In this document: positions 20,153-29,928 of the stretch, piece after piece
Numbering within the stretch: position 1 is the stretch's first letter
How the letters are laid out: every line of letters starts with the position of its first letter
Source of the DNA: Candidatus Komeilibacteria bacterium
Lineage (GTDB): Bacteria > Patescibacteriota > Patescibacteriia > UBA1558
DNA length: 64,000 nt
Assembly (NCBI GenBank): GCA_048538275.1
Contig: JBLYPW010000003.1
Location: 15,248 to 79,247 of the forward strand
Reading direction: 5' to 3'
Position numbers and translations under genes: made by a program
The notes under the pieces: generated by a model
Told to the model about the DNA's origin: nothing
What the model saw: only the letters and a program-made list of their open reading frames with translations
The model's database searches: none

Positions 20153-22715
20153 AAAAACTAATAAGAAAAAAACAGCTAAAGCAAAGGTTCGGACAAAAGC
20201 AGCCAAAGCCAAAGCGGTGCAGCCCCAAAAAACCGTTGCAAAAAAGGCCAAGCCGGTGGAAGATAGCAAGGTGAAAGAACCTGCCCGCATTGAGCATCTG
20301 TCCATCGTACAGGAGATGGAGACTTCCTATTTGGATTATGCTATGAGTGTTATTGTGCAGCGCGCTTTGCCTGATGTACGTGATGGTTTAAAGCCGGTAC
20401 ACCGCCGTATTTTATATGCTATGTGGGGGATTGGTTTGAAGCCGGGGGCTAAATTTAGAAAATCTGCCACTGTGGTTGGTGAGGTGTTGGGTAAATATCA
20501 TCCGCACGGTGATTCGGCGGTTTATGATTCTATGGTGCGTATGGCACAGGATTTTGCTATGCGTTATCCACTAGTAAATGGCCAAGGTAACTTTGGTTCT
20601 ATGGACGGCGACACAGCGGCGGCTATGCGTTATACAGAAGCTAAGTTAATGCCGGTAGCGGAAGAAATGTTAGCTGACTTGGATAAGGATACGGTTAATT
20701 TTATACCCAATTATGATGGTACTCAAAAAGAGCCATCTGTATTACCGGCTCGCTTGCCCAATCTATTATTAAACGGTGCTATGGGCATTGCGGTGGGCAT
20801 GGCGACCAATATTCCGCCCCACAATTTAACTGAGTTGGCCGATGGCATTATTTATTTGTTGGAACATAGCGATGCCACAGTGGATGATTTGATGCAATTT
20901 GTTACTGGCCCTGATTTTCCAACCGGCGGTATTATTTATGATATTAATGAAATCAAATCTGCTTATGCTTCAGGTAAAGGTTCTATCGTGATGCGCGGCA
21001 GAGCCGAGATAGTAGAGGCCGGTAATGACCGTTTTAATATTATCATTACCGAAGTTCCTTATCAGGTAAATAAAGCAACGATGCTGGAACAGATTGCCGA
21101 CTTGGTGAAAAATAAGAAAATTGACGGCATTAAAGATTTGCGTGATGAATCAGATAAAGATGGCGTGCGCGTCGTGATTGAATTAAAAAAAGATGCCTAC
21201 CCCAAGAAAGTTCTTAATAGTTTGTATAAACATACCCAATTGCAATCAAGTTTCCATGTCAATATGTTGGCTCTGGTGGACGGTTTACAACCCAAAGTAC
21301 TAACTTTGAAAATGATTTTGGAAGAATATGTTAAACACCGAGAAGAAGTAGTCAGACGACGGACACAGTATGATTTGGATAAGGCTAAAGATAGAGCACA
21401 TATTTTAGAAGGTTTAGTATTGGCTTTGCATGATATTGATAAGGTGATCGCCACTATCAAAAAATCCAAAGATCGTGATGATGCCAAAATAAATTTGATT
21501 AAAAAGTTTAAGCTAAGTGAATTGCAGGCTCTGGCTATTTTAGAAATGCGCTTACAGCAATTAGCCAATTTGGAGCGCATCAAAGTAGAAACTGAATTAA
21601 AAGAAAAACAAAAGTTAATTAAAGAATTAACGGCTATTTTGAAGAGTGTACAGAAGATTCGCGCTATTATAAAAAAGGAAGTAGAGGACTTGCGTGATAA
21701 ATATGGTGATGAACGCCGTACCAAAGTAGTAAAATCAGCTGTCAACAAATTATCATCAGAAGATCTTATTCCCAATGAAGCCACAGTTGTGATGGTGACC
21801 AGAGATGGTTATATCAAGCGCCTGGCACCGGATACTTTCCGTAGTCAAGGTCGGGGTGGTAAGGGCGTAATTGGTTTAACTACCAAAGAGGAAGATATGG
21901 TAGATCAATTCTTTTCCACTAATACGCATGCCGACTTGATGTTTTTTACCACGCGAGGACGGGTATTTAAGCTCAAGGCTTATGAAGTGCCGACCGGCAG
22001 TCGTCAGGCTAAGGGTCAGGCGATTGTGAACTTTTTACAATTGGCGCCGGAAGAAAAAGTTACTTCCATATTGTCTTTGGAAGATTTGACGCCGTATAAG
22101 TATTTACTCATGGTAACGCGACAAGCGGTTATCAAAAAAGTGTCTTTGGATGCCTTTACTAATGTACGTCGTTCTGGTTTGATCGCTATCAAGCTTAAAG
22201 AAGATGATGTGTTGGAATGGGTCAAGCCGACTTCAGGCAAAGACAATATTATATTAGTTAGCGCCAAAGGACAGGCGATTCGTTTCAAAGAGGACGATGT
22301 GCGAGCAATGGGCCGCGGTGCGGCCGGTGTACGCGGGATTCGGCTCAAAGGCGATGATGTGGTAGTGGGAATGGATGTTTTGGATAGCGGTAAGGCCAGT
22401 AATACTGAGCAGTTATTGGTGGTAATGTCCAAAGGTTATGGCAAGCGTACGGCTTTAAGCGCTTATAAGATTCAACACCGTGGCGGCACTGGCATTCGCA
22501 CGGCGCGTATTACCGATAAGACCGGAGAGATTATCGGAGGTTTCATTGTAGATGCTAAACGAGAAAAAGAAGACATTATTATTATTTCGGAAAAAGGTCA
22601 GGTGATTCGTTTACAGCTCAAGACCGTCAATGTGATTGGTCGTGACACGCAAGGCGTGCGTCTGATGAAATTTAAAGATGTAGAAGATAAAGCAGCTAAT
22701 GTGACTTTTATTTAA
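20142..22715 (+). CDS. gyrA: DNA gyrase subunit A
   Basis: [15 protein letters not shown], GyrA-box QGRGGKG, C-terminal pinwheel repeats; Lys/Ala-rich N-terminal extension. Confidence 0.97.
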   Translation: MPAKKTNKKKTAKAKVRTKAAKAKAVQPQKTVAKKAKPVEDSKVKEPARIEHLSIVQEMETSYLDYAMSVIVQRALPDVRDGLKPVHRRILYAMWGIGLKPGAKFRKSATVVGEVLGKYHPHGDSAVYDSMVRMAQDFAMRYPLVNGQGNFGSMDGDTAAAMRYTEAKLMPVAEEMLADLDKDTVNFIPNYDGTQKEPSVLPARLPNLLLNGAMGIAVGMATNIPPHNLTELADGIIYLLEHSDATVDDLMQFVTGPDFPTGGIIYDINEIKSAYASGKGSIVMRGRAEIVEAGNDRFNIIITEVPYQVNKATMLEQIADLVKNKKIDGIKDLRDESDKDGVRVVIELKKDAYPKKVLNSLYKHTQLQSSFHVNMLALVDGLQPKVLTLKMILEEYVKHREEVVRRRTQYDLDKAKDRAHILEGLVLALHDIDKVIATIKKSKDRDDAKINLIKKFKLSELQALAILEMRLQQLANLERIKVETELKEKQKLIKELTAILKSVQKIRAIIKKEVEDLRDKYGDERRTKVVKSAVNKLSSEDLIPNEATVVMVTRDGYIKRLAPDTFRSQGRGGKGVIGLTTKEEDMVDQFFSTNTHADLMFFTTRGRVFKLKAYEVPTGSRQAKGQAIVNFLQLAPEEKVTSILSLEDLTPYKYLLMVTRQAVIKKVSLDAFTNVRRSGLIAIKLKEDDVLEWVKPTSGKDNIILVSAKGQAIRFKEDDVRAMGRGAAGVRGIRLKGDDVVVGMDVLDSGKASNTEQLLVVMSKGYGKRTALSAYKIQHRGGTGIRTARITDKTGEIIGGFIVDAKREKEDIIIISEKGQVIRLQLKTVNVIGRDTQGVRLMKFKDVEDKAANVTFI

Positions 22716-22719
22716 TTTT

Positions 22720-22753
22720 TTAAGCCGCGAGACAAGCTTGTCTCGCGGCTTAA
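22720..22753. repeat. Perfect 34-bp palindrome (REP-like)
   Basis: TTAAGCCGCGAGACAAG|CTTGTCTCGCGGCTTAA, no spacer. Confidence 0.85.
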
Positions 22754-22756
22754 CAC

Positions 22757-22793
22757 AAAACCCCCACTTTGCCGATGGCATAGTGGGGGTTTT
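22757..22793. terminator. Bidirectional terminator between gyrA and M23 gene
   Basis: AAAACCCCCACT...AGTGGGGGTTTT. Confidence 0.75.
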
Positions 22794-22805
22794 ATTAATA
22801 AATTA

Positions 22806-24068
22806 TTATTTGATATATTCCAGCGGATTTACTTTTTTGTCATTGGATCTGACTTCAAAATGGATATGAGGACCGGTGGATCGTCCGGTAGAGCCAATAG
22901 CGGCAATTATATCTCCACGAGATACGGTTTCACCTTTTTTTACATATAGTTTGGAACAATGCCCGTAGAGCGTTTTTAATCCACCACCGTGATTAATTAT
23001 AATATAGTAACCATAACCACCATTATTCCAACCAGCTGCTTCAACTTTGCCGGATTCGGCCGCGTAAATTGGTTGGCCTACGCCATTGCCTATATCTAGA
23101 CCGGTGTGACGCCAGCTAAAATACTGAGTGATACGTCTAGACGTAGTGGGCCATAAGAAACGTCCGCCAGCATCAGTAGCGGGGTCATTGGCGGTGGGCT
23201 GACTACTAAAAACATTGGTAACGGGTTTACTTACTGGGCGGTATGTTGCTGGCTTGATACCGCCGGGCAGTATCAAATCTTCGCCCGCTCTAATATCGTT
23301 GGCAGAGGCTAATTTGTTGAATTCTATAATTTTATTGATATCCGACTGATAGGTAGTGGCAATTTTTTCTAAAGTATCACCACTTTTAACACTGTAAAGT
23401 AATCCGCTGGTAGGCATTATTTTTAATTTTTGACCAGGCCGAATAATGCTGTAAGCGGTTAAGTCATTTGCCCACAGTAGAGTGTCGGTGCTGATATTAA
23501 ATTGCGCCGCAATGGTGGATAAAACATCGCCAGATTGCACGGTGTATTCTATAATTTCTCGTGTTTGGCTAGGCTCTGGCGTGGCGCCACCGGTATCAAC
23601 CGCCTGCAATGAACTCTCATCCGGTGTTAGCATGGCTAGGTCTGGTTTGCTGACAGGAGGCTCGTCTAAAATCACATCTTCTTCCGACAAAGCTTCATTA
23701 CGTAAAAATGATTGAGGCGGTGTTAGTTGGCTGTCGCTTAGAGGACCTTCTGTGACTTCTTCATTTTCATGAAAATCTTCTCCGCTATTTGTTAAAGAAA
23801 AAATAAGAGTATCGCGTGCGAAATTTTCTGGAGCAACATTTTGGGCATGCAAGCTTTGCCAGGCAGTTAATAATAGTATAATTATTATTAGAGAGTAGGG
23901 TAAATAGCGAGATAACCAGCGCAAAATATTTTGGCGATTTTCATATAATTTGCTTAGGCGGTAACCAGATTTTTTTAGTAATGAATATAGCGGTAATAGT
24001 AGCCATCGCCACAATAATAATAGTAGCCACCGCAAAGGAGTTATAAACCATAAAAAAACTTGCCGCAA
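22806..24068 (-). CDS. LysM + M23 peptidoglycan endopeptidase (start uncertain)
   Basis: Two LysM (YTVQSGD, YSVKSGDTL), HTGLD, YGH, STGPHIHFE. Confidence 0.9.
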   Translation of the reverse strand: MRQVFLWFITPLRWLLLLLWRWLLLPLYSLLKKSGYRLSKLYENRQNILRWLSRYLPYSLIIIILLLTAWQSLHAQNVAPENFARDTLIFSLTNSGEDFHENEEVTEGPLSDSQLTPPQSFLRNEALSEEDVILDEPPVSKPDLAMLTPDESSLQAVDTGGATPEPSQTREIIEYTVQSGDVLSTIAAQFNISTDTLLWANDLTAYSIIRPGQKLKIMPTSGLLYSVKSGDTLEKIATTYQSDINKIIEFNKLASANDIRAGEDLILPGGIKPATYRPVSKPVTNVFSSQPTANDPATDAGGRFLWPTTSRRITQYFSWRHTGLDIGNGVGQPIYAAESGKVEAAGWNNGGYGYYIIINHGGGLKTLYGHCSKLYVKKGETVSRGDIIAAIGSTGRSTGPHIHFEVRSNDKKVNPLEYIK

Positions 24069-24361
24069 GCCTCTGCCAATATAGAAAAGAAACTTGATAG
24101 CAAGTAATAAACTTTTGAGTAGTATTTGTTTGAATCGTATAGAGATACGATTAAATCTTCTAAAGTAATAAGCTTTTTAAGCGCATTATTAAACAGCGTC
24201 TAACCAGCTTAAAACTATCATTTATGATAGACAAAATATAATAGATTTATCTTAAAATGTCAAAACGCTTTTTCAGCTTTTTCAACCTTGGTGGTTGAAA
24301 CCTTGTATAATTTTATTTTTACGCTAATTTCTGCTAAAATATAAAGGTTAATATCAATTTT

Positions 24362-24430
24362 ATGAAAAAATACAATCAGGTAGAGATTGAAAATAAATGG
24401 CCCCGCGGCATTGCTCGGGACCCATCTTAA
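24362..24430 (+). pseudogene. Truncated duplicate of the leuS 5' end (22-codon ORF)
   Basis: MKKYNQVEIENKW-PRGIARDPS* versus leu[14 protein letters not shown]. Confidence 0.65.
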
Positions 24431-24455
24431 ATGAGGCAGGTTTTATTTATATATT

Positions 24456-26834
24456 ATGGAAAAGTATAATCACAGAGAAATAGAGAGTAGCTGGCAAGAA
24501 TATTGGGAAAAGCAAAAGCTCAACCAAGTGCCGGTAGGCGATCATAGTCGTCCAAAAAAGTATATTTTGGATATGTTCCCTTACCCGTCCGCTCAGGGTT
24601 TACACGTTGGTCATCCCGAGGGTTATACAGCTACCGATATATATAGCCGTTATTTGCGTTATCAAAAATTCAATGTTCTTCATCCCATGGGTTGGGACGC
24701 TTTTGGCTTGCCGGCAGAAAATTATGCTATCAAGACCGGTACTCAGCCGGCTGTGGTTACCACCAAAAATATTGAAAATTTTAAACGCCAGATTATGTCG
24801 CTTGGTTTATCTTATGACTGGTCACGTGAAGTCAATACTACGGATCCTAAATATTTTCAGTGGACGCAGTGGATTTTTTTACAACTATTTAAAAAAGGCC
24901 TTGCCTATGAAGCAGTGGTACCAATTAATTGGTGTCCTTCTTGCAAAACCGGATTAGCCAATGAAGAAGTAGTAGCCGGTAAATGCGATCGTTGCGGGCA
25001 GGTGGTGGTCAAGCAGGATATGAAGCAATGGATGCTGAAAATTACCGCTTATGCCGATAGATTATTAAATGGCTTGGATGAATTGGATTGGCCGGAGTCT
25101 ATTAAATCTCTGCAAAAAAACTGGATTGGCCGTTCGGAAGGCGCGGAAGTTGATTTTAGTATTGCCGATAGTGCAGAAAAGTTGACGGTTTTTACTACCC
25201 GGCCGGACACTTTGTTTGGCGCAACCTATATGGTAGTCGCCCCGGAGCATGAAATTATTAATAAGCTAAAAAATAAAATTTCCAATTGGGATAAAGTGCA
25301 GGATTATATTAAACAAGCAAAGAACAAATCTGATTTGGAACGGACTGATTTGGCCAAAGAAAAAAGCGGTGTTGAGTTGAAAGGCATTCAGGCTATCAAC
25401 CCCGTGAATAATAAAGAAATTCCTATTTGGGTGGCGGATTATGTTTTAGCGTCTTATGGCACGGGCGCAATTATGGCGGTGCCCGCGCATGATGAGCGCG
25501 ATTATGAGTTTGCTAGCAAGTTTAGATTGGATATCATTCAAGTTGTAGACGGAGGTAAAGAAAAATTGTTTATCGGCGACGGCATAGCTATGAATTCTGG
25601 TGAGTATAATGGTTTATCCACAGCCGAGTTTAAGAAAAAAATTATTCAATGGTTAGAAAAGCATAAAGCAGGTCGGGCGGCGGTGAATTATAAATTACGC
25701 GACTGGGTTTTTTCTCGGCAGCGTTATTGGGGCGAGCCTATTCCATTAATACATTGTGCCAAGTGTGGAATAGTACCAGTAGATGAAAAGGATTTACCAT
25801 TAGAGCTTCCAGAGGTAGATAAATACGAGCCGACCGGCACCGGTGAGTCACCACTAGCTGGCATAATGGATTGGGTGAATACAAAATGTCCGCAATGCGG
25901 TGGTGCGGCCAAGCGCGAGACAAATACCATGCCTCAGTGGGCCGGGTCCTCTTGGTACTGGTTACGTTTTACGGATCCAAACAATGAGAAAGTTTTTGCC
26001 GATCAGGCAGAATTAAAATATTGGTTACCGGTGGATGTTTATGTCGGTGGCGCCGAACACGCGGTCTTGCATTTATTATATGCGCGCTTTTGGAATATGG
26101 TTTTGTTTGACCTGGGATTTGTTCCTATTGAAGAACCGTTTAAAAAACTAATTAATCAAGGGTTGATATTGGGTCCTGATGGCGAGAAAATGTCAAAGTC
26201 ACGTGGCAATGTAATCAATCCAGATAGCGTGGTGGAAGAATACGGCGCTGACACCTTGCGTTTGTATGAGATGTTTATGGGGCCCTTGGAAGATTCTAAA
26301 CCGTGGGATACCAAAAGTATTGTTGGTGTGCGCAGATTTTTGGACAAGGTTTATAGATTAAGCGATAAGATTGGCAATGCAGATAAAGACAATATTTTAT
26401 TGCATAAGACTATTAAAAAAGTTGGTGAAGATATTGTCGGTTTTCGTTTTAATACAGCGATTTCTGCTATGATGATTTTTATTAACGAAGCCAAGATTAT
26501 CAGTAAAAACGATTGGGAAAAATTTTTAATTATTCTTTCTCCTTTTGCGCCGCACTTGGCGGAAGAATTGTGGCATAGACTAGGCTATCAAGATTCTATC
26601 TTCTTGAGTGATTGGCCGCAGTATGATAAAAAATTGGCACAAGACGATAAATTTGAATTAGTAGTACAAGTGAACGGTAAGGTGCGGGATAAGGTGTTGG
26701 TTAAAACAGGTATTAGCCAAATAGAGGTAGAGAAATTGATTCAAAAATCAGACAAGGTGCAAAAATATTTAGATGGCGCGACTGTTAAAAAAATTATTTA
26801 TGTGCCCAATAAACTGGTTAATATAGTTTTTTAG
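24456..26834 (+). CDS. leuS: Leucine--tRNA ligase
   Basis: MFPYPS..LHVGH, FTTRPDT editing domain, GGAEHA, KMSKS, QVNGKVR. Confidence 0.97.
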   Translation: MEKYNHREIESSWQEYWEKQKLNQVPVGDHSRPKKYILDMFPYPSAQGLHVGHPEGYTATDIYSRYLRYQKFNVLHPMGWDAFGLPAENYAIKTGTQPAVVTTKNIENFKRQIMSLGLSYDWSREVNTTDPKYFQWTQWIFLQLFKKGLAYEAVVPINWCPSCKTGLANEEVVAGKCDRCGQVVVKQDMKQWMLKITAYADRLLNGLDELDWPESIKSLQKNWIGRSEGAEVDFSIADSAEKLTVFTTRPDTLFGATYMVVAPEHEIINKLKNKISNWDKVQDYIKQAKNKSDLERTDLAKEKSGVELKGIQAINPVNNKEIPIWVADYVLASYGTGAIMAVPAHDERDYEFASKFRLDIIQVVDGGKEKLFIGDGIAMNSGEYNGLSTAEFKKKIIQWLEKHKAGRAAVNYKLRDWVFSRQRYWGEPIPLIHCAKCGIVPVDEKDLPLELPEVDKYEPTGTGESPLAGIMDWVNTKCPQCGGAAKRETNTMPQWAGSSWYWLRFTDPNNEKVFADQAELKYWLPVDVYVGGAEHAVLHLLYARFWNMVLFDLGFVPIEEPFKKLINQGLILGPDGEKMSKSRGNVINPDSVVEEYGADTLRLYEMFMGPLEDSKPWDTKSIVGVRRFLDKVYRLSDKIGNADKDNILLHKTIKKVGEDIVGFRFNTAISAMMIFINEAKIISKNDWEKFLIILSPFAPHLAEELWHRLGYQDSIFLSDWPQYDKKLAQDDKFELVVQVNGKVRDKVLVKTGISQIEVEKLIQKSDKVQKYLDGATVKKIIYVPNKLVNIVF

Positions 26835-26859
26835 TTATTGACTAATAAAAGTATTTCTT

Positions 26860-27007
26860 GCGCTGAAAGACGACTCATTTTTTGAATGGTTGCAGGCTAG
26901 AGTTCAAGTTGTCGGCGATAACGGTCCACGATTTTCTGTGTTAGATGGTTGGACAAAATTATCCGTTTTTTATCGGCTCAGAGCGAAGTTTAAGCATTGT
27001 TCAGTGT
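26860..27007 (-). ncRNA. Candidate 6S-like structured RNA (strand uncertain)
   Basis: About 150-nt intergenic region with complementary ends; minus strand carries CTGAGCCGATA and CTTGAAC...TTCAA, motifs recalled from E. coli 6S. Confidence 0.4.
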
Positions 27008-27042
27008 GTTATAATATGAAAGTAAATAATAATTCTTTTTTT

Positions 27043-28212
27043 ATGCAACATAAAATTCATCAACTGATGACTTTTTTGCCACAGCGGATGCGGCAGGAGA
27101 TTCGTGAGCTATATTCGTCAGCTCTAATTCTCAATTTTGGTTTAGCGTTGATTTTTATTTTTGAGCCGATTTACTTATTCCGATTGGGTTATTCTTTGCA
27201 ACAGATTATGTTGTTTTGGGTTATGGTCTATGGTATTTATGTTTTTACTTTGCCACTGGGAGCAAAGGTAGCGGAAAGGTTTGGTTATGAACATACTATG
27301 TTTTACGGAACTTTCTTTTGGATTTTGCTATATTTAAGTATGTATATGATTCAGATTTATCCGGTTTTTTTCTATATTACGCCACTGATTTATGTATTGC
27401 AGAAATCATTGTACTGGCCGGCATATCATGCTGATTTCGCCAAATATTCGGAAGGTAGCGAAGGTGGCAGGGAAATAAGCACTTTGACTACTTTAAATTC
27501 TCTCATTTTTATTATTGGCCCGGCTTTGGGCGGTTTTATATTGTATGAATGGGGCTTTTCGGTTTTGTTTATTTTGGTATCGGTGATATTTTTATTGTCC
27601 AATATTCCCATGTTGATAACCAAAGAAAAGTTTGTGCCGGTGAAAATTGATTATGAGCATTCATTAAAGCGATTATTTAGACCAGAGCATCGCAAGAGTT
27701 TTTTGGCTTATTTGGGATTTGGCGAAGAAATTTTAGTGGTAGTGGTGTGGCCTATTTTTATTTCTTTATTTATCAAAAGTTATTTATCTATCGGCGGCTT
27801 GATCGCAGCCACCACTTTGTTGACGGCGGTGGTTACTATGCTGTCCGGGCGTATGTCTGATCAGATGGATAAGCGGCGCATCTTGCGTTATGGCGTGTCT
27901 TTTTATTTTATCTCTTGGATGATGCGTATATTTTGGCATTCGTCAGTGGGTATTTTTTTCACCGATACTTTGTCTCGTTTGTCTAAATCCGGTTTAATCG
28001 CCGTGCCTTTGACCGCAATCACTTATGAAAATGCCAAAAATGGTAAGGTAATAAACACCATTTTGCTATTTGAAATGAGTTTGGCTTTGGGTAAATTTTT
28101 AGCCGTACTGGCGGTATTTATTTTATTGTTTATGTTTGGCGGCGGTCTGTGGCCGTTTTATATTGCTTTTATTGTGGCTAGTTTGCTTACTTTATTGTAT
28201 GCCATTTTATAA
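27043..28212 (+). CDS. MFS transporter (start re-called to MQHKI)
   Basis: About 12 TMs; GAKVAERFG and GRMSDQMDKR motif-A-like; TGTTATAAT extended -10 at 27007-27015. Confidence 0.85.
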   Translation: MQHKIHQLMTFLPQRMRQEIRELYSSALILNFGLALIFIFEPIYLFRLGYSLQQIMLFWVMVYGIYVFTLPLGAKVAERFGYEHTMFYGTFFWILLYLSMYMIQIYPVFFYITPLIYVLQKSLYWPAYHADFAKYSEGSEGGREISTLTTLNSLIFIIGPALGGFILYEWGFSVLFILVSVIFLLSNIPMLITKEKFVPVKIDYEHSLKRLFRPEHRKSFLAYLGFGEEILVVVVWPIFISLFIKSYLSIGGLIAATTLLTAVVTMLSGRMSDQMDKRRILRYGVSFYFISWMMRIFWHSSVGIFFTDTLSRLSKSGLIAVPLTAITYENAKNGKVINTILLFEMSLALGKFLAVLAVFILLFMFGGGLWPFYIAFIVASLLTLLYAIL

Positions 28213-28216
28213 ATTT

Positions 28217-29098
28217 ATGCATAGGGATTTAGCAGCGGAAACTAAATATTTGTTAAAACAGTATAATATGTCCGCCGGTCGAACAGCGGGGCAAAATTTT
28301 TTGATTGACGATAAAGTTTTACAGGACATCATTGCAGCGGCTGACATTCAGCCGTCTGATTTTGTTTTGGAAGTGGGGGCTGGTTTAGGAATATTGACTA
28401 CCCAATTGGCAAAAAGAGCTAAGCGAGTATTGGCCGTGGAATATGATGAGCGCTGTTTTCCGGCTCTACAAAAATTATCTTCCTTGCATGATAATTTGAT
28501 AATTATTCACGATGATATTCTACGATTAGCAAATAAAGAATTAGCACGGCATTTGTCCGGCGATGATTATAGAGTGATTGCCAATATACCTTATCAGATA
28601 ACGGCTAAGCTGATTTATAAATTTATACAAGACGTACCACCGGCTCAAGATTTGGTTTTATTAGTACAGCAAGAGGTGGCGGAGCGGATTACGGCTGAGC
28701 CGGGACAGATGAGCTTGTTGGCTTTAAGTGTACAGTTTTATGCTCAGGTAGAAATTATTCGTCAGGTGGATAAGCACTGTTTTTGGCCGGTGCCGGCGGT
28801 AGATTCTGCTTTGATTCATATTATTCGTCAGCCGCAAAAAATGATAGAAAGAGAGAGGCGAAATATTGATGAAAAGAGATTATGGCAGATATTGCGTAGT
28901 GGTTTTTCCAGTAAGCGCAAAACCCTGGCTAATAATTTAGCAAATAGTTTGCATTTAACCCGCACAGAGATAGAAGAAAATTTGAACAGAGTTGGTTTGT
29001 CAAAAAACTGTCGGGCACAAGAATTGTCGCTTCAGCAGTGGCTTGATTTGGTGGATATCCTGCCCGCGGGGCAGGCTTACCCCGCGGGCAGGATTTAG
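28217..29098 (+). CDS. rsmA: 16S rRNA dimethyladenosine transferase RsmA/KsgA (start re-called to MHRDL)
   Basis: GQNFL, LEVGAGLG, ANIPY, QQEVAER, FWPVPAVDSA, KRKTLAN, RAQEL. Confidence 0.95.
   Translation: MHRDLAAETKYLLKQYNMSAGRTAGQNFLIDDKVLQDIIAAADIQPSDFVLEVGAGLGILTTQLAKRAKRVLAVEYDERCFPALQKLSSLHDNLIIIHDDILRLANKELARHLSGDDYRVIANIPYQITAKLIYKFIQDVPPAQDLVLLVQQEVAERITAEPGQMSLLALSVQFYAQVEIIRQVDKHCFWPVPAVDSALIHIIRQPQKMIERERRNIDEKRLWQILRSGFSSKRKTLANNLANSLHLTRTEIEENLNRVGLSKNCRAQELSLQQWLDLVDILPAGQAYPAGRI
29057..29094. repeat. GC-rich palindrome translated as the RsmA C-terminus
   Basis: ATCCTGCCCGCGGGG-caggctta-CCCCGCGGGCAGGAT, 15-bp perfect arms. Confidence 0.8.
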
Positions 29099-29151
29099 GT
29101 TGTGAACATATGTAATTCCTGTTATAATTTAATAGAAAAATGATCTGATTT

Positions 29152-29928
29152 ATGCCAGAATATTTAGATAAAGACGTACAACAACAAAAAGAGGGCCAAC
29201 AACCCTCTAATCCTTATTTATATTTAGGTGTTTTAGTGGGCGCAATGGTAATTTTTGGTATGACTTTTTGGCAAGTACAGCATAATATAAAAGCTCCCTT
29301 TGCCGACGATAATTCTGATAATAATGATAATCAAGTAATAGCTAATGCCGATAATCTTGATATTGAAAAACTCAAAAAACAAGATACGGACGGTGATGGT
29401 TTATCAGATTATTTGGAGCAATATGTTTATGGCACCTCCTCTTATATCGCGGACACGGATTCGGATGACATAAGTGATTCTGACGAAGTATTACAAGGTA
29501 CGGATCCATTGTGTGGTCAGGATGGTGGCTGCGCTCAGCCTATTAATACGCCCAGCGCAATGACTGGTGATGATTCTTTGGATGCTTTAATCAATAATGA
29601 TCAAGTTAATAATGATACCGGCGCATCCTCAGCAGATGGCATGACGCGTCAGCAATTAACGGATATTTTAGTACAGATGGGTTTCAATGCCACGGACCTG
29701 GCCAATGTAAGTGATCAAGATTTAGCTTTATTATACGACGAGGCTTTGCGTATGGCGCAAAATAGTGGTGATACTATAAACCCAGTCAATGATACTGGCA
29801 ATATCACGGCGGAGGAAATTCGCCAAGCCTTATTAGACAGTGGTGTTAGCGCCAGTCAGCTGGAAGGTATCACCGATGAAGAATTGATACAACTTTATCA
29901 GCAAGCTATTAGTAGCCAAGCACAATAA
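29152..29928 (+). CDS. Membrane-anchored protein with thrombospondin-type-3-like Ca-binding repeats
   Basis: TM, DTDGDGLSD / DTDSDDISD repeats, two C-terminal helical repeats; stop overlaps next ATG (TAATG). Confidence 0.75.
   Translation: MPEYLDKDVQQQKEGQQPSNPYLYLGVLVGAMVIFGMTFWQVQHNIKAPFADDNSDNNDNQVIANADNLDIEKLKKQDTDGDGLSDYLEQYVYGTSSYIADTDSDDISDSDEVLQGTDPLCGQDGGCAQPINTPSAMTGDDSLDALINNDQVNNDTGASSADGMTRQQLTDILVQMGFNATDLANVSDQDLALLYDEALRMAQNSGDTINPVNDTGNITAEEIRQALLDSGVSASQLEGITDEELIQLYQQAISSQAQ

Noticed and set aside
26863-26870. Hammerhead ribozyme core
   Set aside because: CTGAAAGA does not fit CUGANGA and no matching GAAA/stem arrangement was found
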